This document shows positions 24,057 to 34,208 of a stretch of 35,358 nt of DNA, one piece after another. Position 1 is the stretch's first letter. Each line of letters starts with the position of its first letter. The notes under the pieces are model-generated. The model ran no database searches. It was not told the origin of the DNA and worked only from the letters and a program-made list of their open reading frames with translations. A program made the translations under genes and the position numbers. Origin of the DNA: Piptocephalis cylindrospora (taxonomy: Eukaryota); NCBI GenBank assembly GCA_003614145.1, contig KZ987737.1, positions 1 to 35,358 on the forward strand, given 5' to 3'.

Positions 24057-24623
24057 ATGGATAGAAACACCCGTCTTGGACGGAAAAGAAGCTATCACGA
24101 AGACGAAGCAAGATACAATCCAGCAGAAGATACCAATGTGGAGGCCTTAGACCTTGCCCAGTACCCCTACACCACCCAGGCATCCGAACCTCAGGACAGA
24201 GGAGAGACCTTGGCAGCACTACCCTCCTCTAGATCTTCCGACCAACCCTGGTCCGCTCCCCAATCCATCACCTCCTCCCCGGATCCTCCAGCTTCCTTTC
24301 CCTCCACACCAGTATCACAAGCCCTAATCCCCTCTGTAAAGCGTCTTCGTATTCATTCAGGTCAGGATCACCCCCCAGCATCTTCCCCACCCCCGCCTTC
24401 CCATCCCTACACCAACATCAACACCATCCTTCGCATGGCTGAACTTCATCGACACCAGCACCATGCCATGATCCCTCCGCCCCCTCCAACCAGGGTTTGG
24501 GATGAGGAACATGTACCACCATCGTCATCATCTCATCCTTCCCAAGCATACACCCTCTATGCTGGGATTAATGCCTATCTAGGCCAATTACATCGGTCCC
24601 GCCATCCTTCCTCGCCTCAATGA
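24057..24623 (+). CDS. Pro/Ser-rich disordered protein, 188 aa, with basic NLS-like clusters and two YxxINxxL helical motifs (FAM104/VCF-like)
   Basis: ACCATGG start context after a CT-rich leader; GRKRSY, KRLR; YTNINTILRMAELHR and YAGINAYLGQLHRSR. An in-frame upstream ATG exists at 23832. Confidence 0.7.
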   Translation: MDRNTRLGRKRSYHEDEARYNPAEDTNVEALDLAQYPYTTQASEPQDRGETLAALPSSRSSDQPWSAPQSITSSPDPPASFPSTPVSQALIPSVKRLRIHSGQDHPPASSPPPPSHPYTNINTILRMAELHRHQHHAMIPPPPPTRVWDEEHVPPSSSSHPSQAYTLYAGINAYLGQLHRSRHPSSPQ

Positions 24624-24898
24624 TCTTAGAAAGGGAGATGTAAAAGCAGGACGATGACCGGATGGGAGGAAGGAATATGCCTATGCATCCTATATGATTT
24701 CTTTCTCATTCTCTGTACACCCTTCCTTTATCCCATCCCTTCCCATCACCCCCAATGACATACTATGCACATCTACTAGCTCTCCCATTCAGTTCCATTT
24801 TCTTCCATGAATGCATCCCTTTACCCCCCAAGCTCATCCGTACAAAGTAATTCATCATATGCATATCCAAAATTTGAAATATCCCTTATCCTACCCCA

Positions 24899-25206
24899 TT
24901 ACTGGTTCTCCCTAATATCCCTCCATTTGGCCTCCACCTTCTCTCGTCGATCTCTGGCCTCCTTGGCATTGGCCTTCCTCTTGGCATTGAACTATCCGGG
25001 TAGGGAAGGGAGGTCAGTGTTCTGACCATAATATTCATTCCTTCAGCACAGCTTACCTCCTTGGTCAGACACGCGTTCAACTCATCTTTGATAGGGTTAC
25101 ACTGCCCGGTCAATCGGGCCCAAAAGGAGCTCTTATGGCACGCGTTCAGCTTGCGAATCACCTCAGTGCACTGTTCGTGCTTGTGTTCATGAAGCTGCGG
25201 ATGCAT
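24899..25206 (-). CDS. CMC2: Twin-CX9C mitochondrial COX assembly protein Cmc2, 80 aa; exons 25206-25057, 24991-24899
   Basis: MHPQLHEHKHEQC-x9-C...GQC-x9-C LTKE|FNAKRKANAKEARDRREKVEAKW. Confidence 0.88.
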
Positions 25207-25572
25207 ACTGGACGAGATGTATAAAGGGGTGGAAGGGGAAAATATGAAAGAGAGAGGGAGAGGGAAAGGCGAGTGGGCACTTACGACCAGATGGCAAATA
25301 TGAAAGAGAGAAGGATAGACTTTTCTTCATTGCCTCATGGAATAAATCATCAGTGTTATTTGTGTGCATACCTCCGACATGCCAAATGACTACCACTCTT
25401 CCGTATCAAGCCGATAGATTCACACAACAGCAGCAATACCATATTTCTTTTGTGTTTTCCATTTTTAATTATTGATCATGGTTCAAAACCCCCTCACACA
25501 ACCCTTCTTTGAATGGCAACAATGATGACGCGCCCAATCATCCCTCTCCGCCTCCGAGATACTTTCTATGCA

Positions 25573-26355
25573 CTAAGCCTTGACATTTCCCTCGTCTCGT
25601 AAGACAGGATACAGGTCTCGCATCCGATCACTGACCCGAGTCCGAATGTACTCTTGCACCTGAGTAATGCCTCCCCGACATACCTCAATCGCCTCCAAAA
25701 GTTGTTCCTGAGTAAAATCTCCAACCGATGACAGGAGCACCACCTGGCCAGACCCGTCAAAGCCTACTGTGTGCACAGAAGTGGCCTCCTTGGCCTCCTC
25801 AGAGGATGGGTCCAAGATGAGGTGACCGGCCTGGTCAAAGCCCTCCATCACAGCACAGCTCGTCGTCAAGAAAAGTGTCTTCATAGGAATTCCCGCGTCC
25901 ATGAGCGCAAGGGTGGCCGCATTCGCTGCCGTCGCCAGCTCGGCCCCCTCCGTTGCTACACCCTGGATCGCCACCTGAATCAGTGTCCGTGGATACTGGC
26001 CCAGGAGACATAGGGATTCCAATGCTCCTCGGATCGACCCCTCCACCACCCTGGAGCGCGTATCCGCAATCCCTGCTGCGGGCAGGTATGTCACCTCCAG
26101 AGTCGCCCTATCCGGGTGTTCTTGGGATAGTCTGGACTCTATGGGCCCATGGGCCCCTGCTACTGCACTTGTTGGGCCTATGGAGAGAGGAATGAGTGGG
26201 TGGGGTTACAATGTCAGGGTAGGAGGGACACGGGATAACTCACCGAAGGCAAAGGAAGAGGATCCATCGGTCCGGGGCAGAGTGGCAAAGCCAGCACTCA
26301 AAGTCCTGGCTTCCCCGGATTTCCGACCATCCTGGCGTTTGTACGTTGAAGGCAT
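25573..26355 (-). CDS. RRP46: Exosome core RNase PH-like subunit Rrp46, 238 aa; exons 26355-26244, 26177-25573
   Basis: KRQDGR...RTDGSSSFAF|GPT...HGPIE...ATLEV...YPRTLIQV...AANAATLALMDAGIPM...LILDPSSEE. Confidence 0.88.
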
Positions 26356-26800
26356 GACAACAGCTGGTCTGCCGTGCGATGGAGTATAGAAGGAGAAAAG
26401 GGACGATAGGCTTGAAAAGAAGGATAGGTGAACAATTGCTGCTTTTTTTATGGTTATTCCATCTCAACTACAATGCACACATGGTGATAATAATACGGGC
26501 CGCACCAAATCCCCCTTACCCGCACATGTACACACACAGGTATAATATCAGAGCAATATAAACCCGTTCATGACCACCCTACGACAAAGAATACAAAAGG
26601 CGCTCAAAAAGAAATAATAAGCCATCCTCCCTATATATAAAGCGTTCAATTCCAATAAAAAGCAGATGAGTGAAGAAATTATGATATGACAACAACCAAC
26701 CATGATCACGTTCCATTCACTTTACAAAGCAAAGCATCTTAAATCCAGCCCTCAAAACCCAATGTACATCACCCTTCCATTCTCCTCAACACGATCACGA

Positions 26801-27556
26801 TCACGTCGAAAATGATCGCCGGTGCCCTGACCTCTTCCCACTCTTCCAGGGCTTCTTTACAATCATCAGGGGGATATGGAGGTGGTGGGAGAGGTAATCA
26901 TCGGTACTCCCGTGAAGGACGCGACGGAATTTTCCCAAATCCCTGGATCCTACAATGACCATATCAGCCTTGAGCTCCGTGACCTTACGTACAATCTCAG
27001 TTCGACAATCCCCACGGATACTAATGGCCTTGACGGCAAACCCGGACAGTTTGACATCCATGGCATACTTTTTCAAGAGGGAATGGCTCCTCTCCCTCTC
27101 CTGTATCTCGGCCGTGTATTGATCAGGATCTCCAAAGCTGGCATAGGGCGACGGGGCCGAGAAGGGTGTGCGACAGTGGATTAGTACAGCGAGATCCCGG
27201 CCTTGCTGCAAGATGTTCTCGATGGTCCATCGCAACGCGTAACTCGAGTTCTCCGTCTCGTCCAACGCCACCACCACAGTTCGTGTGGGTACATACCGGT
27301 AAGACACGATGGGGGAAGCGTGCATCCCTGCTGCCGCCCCCTCACTTCCTCCACTCCCGTTAGCCATGATGGTCTGATCCTCCCCGGATGAGGATTCCGG
27401 TAAGGCTGCGGTCATCATCATCCCATCAACGTGAGGCATAATCACTGTACCTCCTCCGCTTTCCGTGTACGGAGGAGGGTCCATCTCCAGGATATCCATG
27501 GACTGGGACGATCTGTTCGAGGCCATGGAAGTTGCCGATGAGGAGTCTGAGGACAT
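26801..27556 (-). CDS. Universal stress protein (UspA domain) 1, intronless, 251 aa
   Basis: RTVVVALDETENSSYALRW, RGDCRTEIV, DMVIVGSRDLGKFRRVLHGSTDDYLSHH...PLMIVK; disordered N-terminus. Confidence 0.88.
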   Translation of the reverse strand: MSSDSSSATSMASNRSSQSMDILEMDPPPYTESGGGTVIMPHVDGMMMTAALPESSSGEDQTIMANGSGGSEGAAAGMHASPIVSYRYVPTRTVVVALDETENSSYALRWTIENILQQGRDLAVLIHCRTPFSAPSPYASFGDPDQYTAEIQERERSHSLLKKYAMDVKLSGFAVKAISIRGDCRTEIVRKVTELKADMVIVGSRDLGKFRRVLHGSTDDYLSHHLHIPLMIVKKPWKSGKRSGHRRSFST

Positions 27557-28476
27557 GAGGTTCTTTCAGTAAGGGTAGGTGAGTATGGAGATGGAATAGG
27601 GTGGATCGCGTGATAGGGAGCGCAAAGACGTTTGCTTCAGAAATAGAGTGCTTGCGTGTGAAAGAGGAAATAAAGAAGGATAAAGCTGGAGATGGTTCCC
27701 AACGAAGTCGTCCCTCTCACCCCAACGCCCTTAATAAACAATAATACAAAGTACCGAGCTGCCGAGTTCTCCATAGAGACACAACCAACCCTTTTTCCCT
27801 CCCCTACACTCCACCCAACCCGTTCCGGCTTAATTCTCCCCCATTGCCATTTCCAGTATCTCAGACACGATTGGACAGGAATCGGTAAGAGATATGGAAT
27901 AGGACGGAGAAGACATGCCGGATCTATCTCGAGGTTTCCAAGTGGGGCGAGGTGGTCAGGTTTGGATGACTTCCCTCTCTTCGGGGTTCACCATTCTCTC
28001 ATTATGGAAAAGGTACATTAGGGCATCACATCGGCAACCGGGGCTGACCGCACCCCTATCTTTACTGGTAGTGTCTGGCTTGATTATTGGCCATGTATTA
28101 AATCATGGACCATTAGAGGTCAGACATTACCAATCGCCACTCTAGTTAAACCTTCCGATTGGAGGAAAATCCCACAGACAAGGATTGTCCGTTAAGAGAA
28201 GCGCACAATGTCCCATATCCTTTGTTACTATAAACTGATGTCATGGAAAACTGGTATGAAAGTACCTCTCCTTAAACAAGTATGGATTGGATTATTCGAC
28301 ATCCTAACCAACTCAGCTGACCGCCAACACCACTAGCATACTCTGTACTGTGTACACTGCATGGAAACGATGTACTCAAACCTGATACTATTTGTTAACC
28401 AACTAGTCACACGCATCAATACCATGTTACAAAGCTCCAACAAAAGAAACCCTGTTTGCTACCTCTCCCAGGTTTC

Positions 28477-29076
28477 TTACTGATTCTCATGATTCTTCCC
28501 AATTACCTTATCAGGAATACTAATGAGCACCACGGGCTTTTGTAGATGATGCGTCAGCCACCGAGATGTACTGCCAAAGAAAACTTCTCCCAATCGACTC
28601 CTTTTGCCCGCCCCAAGGACTACGACATCTGCATTGACCTCTTCAAGACTCTTCTTCAATAGATGCTTTACATCGCCTCCTCCTCCTGCTCCAGGCACAT
28701 CAGTCCGTAAGAGGATCGTCTTGAAGGGAATGCCCAGCTGGTCACACCTTGCCCCGTACACATCTAGTAAGCCCTGGTCCTGAAGCTCCTCGCTCTCCTC
28801 CAAACTCGGCATCCTGGCGCCGGGTTCATCATCCACCATGCCCTGACCAATGCCCCTAGCCCCCTCGGAGGTGTGGTGATGTCGACGAGACGCGCGGTCC
28901 GAGCAGTATAGGAGTACAGCAAAATCTCTCCCCGGCCTCAATACTTCATTGATCCCCCAGTCCGCCACCATTCTGGCATGCGGGTCCGTATTGATCGTGA
29001 TGGCCACAGTACGTAAAGGTTCAGTTGATGAAGACCCAGCAACATTGGCTCGATTTGGCATGGTTGAATTCGACAT
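28477..29076 (-). CDS. Universal stress protein (UspA domain) 2, intronless, 199 aa from ATG at 29076
   Basis: RTVAITI, LRPGRDFAVLL (compare LQQGRDLAVLI in USP1), ADVVVLGAGKRSRLGEVFFGSTSRWLTHH...PVVLI. Confidence 0.82.
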   Translation of the reverse strand: MSNSTMPNRANVAGSSSTEPLRTVAITINTDPHARMVADWGINEVLRPGRDFAVLLYCSDRASRRHHHTSEGARGIGQGMVDDEPGARMPSLEESEELQDQGLLDVYGARCDQLGIPFKTILLRTDVPGAGGGGDVKHLLKKSLEEVNADVVVLGAGKRSRLGEVFFGSTSRWLTHHLQKPVVLISIPDKVIGKNHENQ

Positions 29077-29085
29077 GGCTGGAAC

Positions 29086-29186
29086 GATGATGATCAAAGG
29101 AAATAAAGTGTAAATGAACTTAACAAAGGATGATGATGATCGAAGGAAATAGTGCAAATGAACTTAACAAAGGATGATGAAGATCA
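29086..29186. repeat. Tandem duplication, period about 44 bp, about 2.3 copies, immediately upstream of USP2
   Basis: Identical 25-mer aaatgaacttaacaaaggatgatga at 29112-29136 and 29156-29180; flanks gatgatgatc(a/g)aaggaaata also repeated. Confidence 0.85.
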
Positions 29187-30816
29187 GAAAAGGGGAATTA
29201 CCTAGCGCCACCTTTTATGTATTACTAGGTGTAATTATAGCCTTAGGCTTGATGCTAAGACATCCTTTTATGTATGAGAACCCCAGGGAATGATATGAAA
29301 CCATAGATAAAGTCTCAGATAAAATCTTCCCATAGCTCACTTGTGTCATACGAAAGCGTAGAGCCCGTGGGGTAGACTGTACTGTGATAGCATAGAAAGA
29401 TCTAGTATTATATGGATCATCAGTATATATACCATCCTTGAGTCACCGGATATGTTGCGCATGATGTAAGGTATAATAGGTATGGCCGGTGTTATAAGCT
29501 AGGCTTGGATTAATCCCTCTGACAAGAACTTTCCGTAGCATTTTACCTCTATAAAGTAAATATACTAAAGCCTATCACGTATCTATATTTCCAGGGCAGC
29601 AGTAAAATTACCTATCTTCCCCAGGTAGGGTAAACTGATGGATATCTAGACGCAATACCCGCCTTTAAGTCGGCCTGTGTGGTACTAAAAACTTATTTAT
29701 TTTATAATCTTTCACGATATATATATACTGGATAGCTTAAGCTACTCACCTTAGGCAATACGATACGATTCGATCACAAATAAAATTCTGCCCAACTAAT
29801 AAAATTTGAAACCTACTTATCTAGGGAGCCAAAGGCCTTTAAACTCTACTCACCGATTGTCCATACCATACAACTTTCAATGCACTTATCGTAATATTGT
29901 AACGACTGGGAAGTCGTTGTGCCTTCCGCATAAAAAGGAATGCCTGTGGGAAGCCCTAGAAACAAAGGACAAGGACCAAAGGAAGAAAGGACGCCTCATG
30001 ATCATAACAAAAGAGTCGACAGCACAAGGACACCCTAGCATGGTCCTAAATATAGAGAATCACCCGCCTGGGTGATCCTCTATAAAATACTGGACTTTCG
30101 ACTGACATTCCCAATACATTGGAAGATCAAGCCACTTTACATCTGAATTCACCCCCTCACCCGTTTATACCCACCCACTAAACCATACCCCTAACAATAT
30201 GACGCGTTAGGTAAAAGATCTGAAAGAAATCAAGGGCCTTTAATGATTTCAGTATTTTTTGGATATACATTATGCAAAATAAGTACATGAGTATAGCTCT
30301 TTAGTGTTATACATCTTTAGGGCTATAAAATCACTTTCCAACTGCATCGAATGGTGTCCATTTTATTTTATGATCGCTACCCCAAGTATAAATATGAGAC
30401 AAAATTTGTATATTGTTATTGATATTCAATGTAGCGGGCTTATACTTGTGAACCCCACCATATGTATAGGGGAAAATCCAGGGTATTGCTTATACTCATG
30501 GGACGTCACAATAAAATCAGATACTCTATCCTGTCCACTTACTTGAACTATACAATGTTTTGGGCGATGGGTCAAAAAGAGGGCATAGGTCTCTGCGTCA
30601 TTATACAATGACACAGCCTTTCCCTTCCTGGGTGAGGAGATCAAAGATGAAGTAAAAGTCATGGATGGAACAGGCCCGATAAAAAGTGTTCATACCCTAT
30701 TTACTACATATCGTGATAAATAACAGTGTCTGTATTACTTTTTCACATCCTTGAAAAACATCGTACATCTCTCAGTTACTGACTCATAGATACTTTCACA
30801 TGCAGGTACAATGAGT

Positions 30817-31554
30817 TTACCAGGGAAGTTGGGCACCATCATATGCAAAAAAGTTCCCAGATAGCTTAGAGCTAGGTTTGGAAATGACCTTGAGGATCCC
30901 AGCAATACTTTCCTTTGGCTGAAGGGGAGGCTTTCCATAAAGGCTGCCCATATCGGTAGCCACCCAACCGGGATGGATAGAGACGATAGGGATTCCCTTG
31001 GGTTGAAGTTCCAGAGCCATTTCGACAACGACCTTGTTGAGGGCGGCCTTGGATACTCCGTAGGATTGGACAACACCAAATGACTCAGAAAGGAATCCAA
31101 GGTTAGAGGACATCATCATGATTAACTTGTTTCCTGGAGATGGCGTCTTTTCGAGGAGGGGTAGGAACTTTTGGGTGACGATTACGGGACTAACCGTGTT
31201 GGTGTTAAGACTGGCGAGGAGGCTTTCACGTGAGCTTTTGAGTAACTTGCCATCATCCTCTAAGAGGTTAACACCAGCGTTGTGTATAAGAACATCAATG
31301 CCCCGGGACTGGGAGGCAGATACAGATTTGACAGCTGTGGCGATGCTATCGTCATTCGTTACATCCAGCTGAACAATACTAAGATTTTTGATCCCGGGGC
31401 CTGAACGTCGCAATTCAGTCAGCTGGGAGGCTTTGCTAGGAGAACGGCATGTGGCGATGACAGTGGCTCCCCCATCTAGTAGCTGCCTGACGAACTCTAG
31501 GCCTAGTCCCCTGGAGGCACCAGTAATCAAGTATGTGGCAGTAGAGGAAAGCAT
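30817..31554 (-). CDS. Classical short-chain dehydrogenase/reductase, CsgA/C-factor-like, intronless, 245 aa
   Basis: ITGASRGLG, QLDVT, IHNAG, MSS, YGVSK, IHPGWVATDMG, C-terminal GNFFAYDGAQLPW. Confidence 0.92.
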   Translation of the reverse strand: MLSSTATYLITGASRGLGLEFVRQLLDGGATVIATCRSPSKASQLTELRRSGPGIKNLSIVQLDVTNDDSIATAVKSVSASQSRGIDVLIHNAGVNLLEDDGKLLKSSRESLLASLNTNTVSPVIVTQKFLPLLEKTPSPGNKLIMMMSSNLGFLSESFGVVQSYGVSKAALNKVVVEMALELQPKGIPIVSIHPGWVATDMGSLYGKPPLQPKESIAGILKVISKPSSKLSGNFFAYDGAQLPW

Positions 31555-31684
31555 TCTCTTTAAGTGGAAATGATTCAAGGAAATGATAAAAAGCAGAGGT
31601 GTAACCAAGGGGAAGGGTAATGATGCTGGTAAAGGATGCGGATGATTCCGTGTAGAGTAGATTAAGGATATTGTCTTGAACCTC

Positions 31685-31692
31685 CTTTTATA
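31685..31692 (-). promoter_or_regulatory. Putative TATA box (TATAAAAG) of the SDR gene
   Basis: Consensus TATA about 130 bp upstream of the ATG at 31554. Confidence 0.5.
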
Positions 31693-33432
31693 GACGCACC
31701 CGTATTTATTCGGTTTACTGACCAAACTGATTCCTCTTCATGAGAGGATGGCTAAGTTCTAGGCCCCTAGTCGTAAGTTATTTATTCTTTCCTACCTCGA
31801 TTCAGAATTTTAAACTGTTGTCCTACGCCTTTTAGCTTGACCGCCTCATAGTTTAGTTATCTCATCCTCACGTACTCATCCTTCTTTCTTCCACTCTAGC
31901 CCATATGAACCATATTTTCATATCTTTCTCACACTCCTATGAAGCATACATTCATCTCTCTGACATGGATAACGGGAAATATTTGAGACCTATCTTCACT
32001 TAGTCATATACAGCCATAACCTAAAGATGTGTCCTCGCGATTCATGTAAGACATCCCACATTATGTTGTGCGTCGGTTTAGGCATGGATGGATACGTTTA
32101 CTGGAAATAGCGTCAATGAGGAGGTCTCTCGACTTGTACTAACAACATCAACAAAAGCGAATCCGAATCCAGGCCTGAGCAGCATTGCTCACTATGGGAT
32201 TCCCCCCCATCAACCATGATGGCGTGTGGGACACAGGGCCAATTACCATGCATTGTCCTCCCATCATGATCATGTCCACTAACTTAACTAAGCGCATGGC
32301 CGGTAGAAAAGTATAGGTAACACTGATCATTATTATAAAATATGGGTATAGCTTTGCAATGCCTTATATCGTTTGAAAAATGCAATTTTGACTATTGTTT
32401 TCCGTGTTTATACCATCACGAATCCCTCTTTAATTGCCGCTCTCAAAAGACGATTCTCTATGAAATAATGTTCATCGGAAGCACGAAAGGTATACAATTA
32501 TGATACTTGCGGCACTTTTAAGCTGGAAAAACATAGACGACTTAATAGCCATGACATGAATTAGCCCAGTGCAGTTTTATGGCGTATTGTAATGGTTATA
32601 AATGGTGACGTGTATAAGGGAGAAAAATTAAAACATGGGGTTCAATCACTTTTAGCTTCACTCAGTATGGAGTTGTATATAGATAGATCAACCCTCTCCC
32701 AATACACTCAAAAAAATCAGGTCATTGGCGCGATTCATTTGCTCTCCTGAGAGATCTTAATAAGAAGGAGTCATGAGAAGCAGATCTAAAAGAGATACAT
32801 TAGCCGGCCGTGTGGTAAGGAAGAGAAATCAACGCCTCCCATGACCATCACATATGGCGTGGCTCACGATAATAGGAGCATGCAGTATGCTCATCCCCTT
32901 CTATTCATCTTTTATCATTTAGCGATTAACTTCGGTATAATGACAATATCAAGACACTTGATGCGTGTCATTGGACTGTCATAGATTTAAAGACCATGGG
33001 TGTATTAATTCAAACTGTGGATCATTGGCGGTTGTTGCGATAATGCATGTAATGGAATCTTAAGCGGACTTGATAAATTAACCATGGGCAACTTAAAATA
33101 CAAACGGGTAATCACTTTTAACATTACACTTTCTGATGCGATATGCATGGACAGAATTACAGCTTACGAAAGGCGTCATGCTATTCTTTCTGATTCTCCT
33201 CTCTGCATATGGGGAAACGGTAAGGGAAGGAGGAACAATGAACCAGATGGTATTTGCAGGAGGCTGCAGAAGGATGCTGTTGTCTCTCTCCTCTTGATTC
33301 CACCCCTTGTCCCCCGCTCCCTGTCTTCCTTCCCAGTATTGGCATCTTACGCTGCAGCATACATTGCCTTTTTTTCTCTATCGTTTAGGGATTTTACCAC
33401 ATAGGCTTTCTCCAAGAAAGTGACCCAAGTCA

Positions 33433-33440
33433 TATAAAAA
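33433..33440 (+). promoter_or_regulatory. Putative TATA box (TATAAAAA) of the microprotein gene
   Basis: Consensus TATA about 85-90 bp before the ATG at 33524, followed by a CT-rich leader. Confidence 0.5.
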
Positions 33441-33523
33441 CCGTGCATCTCGACCAAAATCCGACGTGTTGCTCCTGCCCCACTAGCTCATCTCTCTTTT
33501 TCTCCCATCTCTCCTATTCCCTC

Positions 33524-33814
33524 ATGTCTGCTCCGCCCAGCCGTGGAAGTATCCTCGCCCTTAGTGTCGGCGCATTGATAGGCGCAGGCGTGGGCTTTTA
33601 TTATCTTGAACAGGAAAGACAGCGTGTTCAGGTAAATGGTTTGTTGCGGTCTTTAGGGCAAGGACAGCTGCAGTTATGTCCTCTTACTCAGAAAAAGCTA
33701 ACACGACCCCTCTCTCCCTAGGCAAAACAAGAGGAGACGCGTGCTCAGCGATTACAGGACCTCAAGGCCAGGAAGGAACGACTGGCCCATCATCTGGATC
33801 CATCAGAGGAATGA
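33524..33814 (+). CDS. 66-aa single-transmembrane/coiled-coil microprotein; exons 33524-33631, 33722-33814
   Basis: MSAPPSRGSILALSVGALIGAGVGFYYLEQERQRVQ|AKQEETRAQRLQDLKARKERLAHHLDPSEE; donor CAG|GTAAAT, branch GCTAAC, acceptor CCCTAG. Confidence 0.72.
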
Positions 33815-34208
33815 TGTGTATAGAGAGGATGAGATGGTTCGGCTTTTATATACAAAAGGGTCCAATATGCTGTCATCGAGCCTTTGTATGCCTCTTTCCG
33901 TCCGATCATTTTGACCGGGCTGAGCAGGTCCATGTAATCTCGTTCTTGTTGCTAATTGCAATCCAAACCCATGGACAGCCAATCTTCCATAGTAAATCTC
34001 CCTCTCTGTTCCTTGAATAGCATGCTTACATGAGCACGGGAGCTCCATACAGCGCAGTATTTTCCGTCTCTACCGGAGAAAAGAGAGTCGTTCCGTCCCA
34101 ACATCCTCTCCCCCTCCATGATCAAAGACACACGTGATGAGAAGAAGGAAAGAATGTATCAGCATCCATTCACTTCAGTAAGAGGACCCAGGGAAAGCCG
34201 TAAGAGAT

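Noticed and set aside
29086..29186. Direct repeat as a CRISPR-like array
   Set aside because: Only two copies, intervening sequence is also repeated, and the context is eukaryotic
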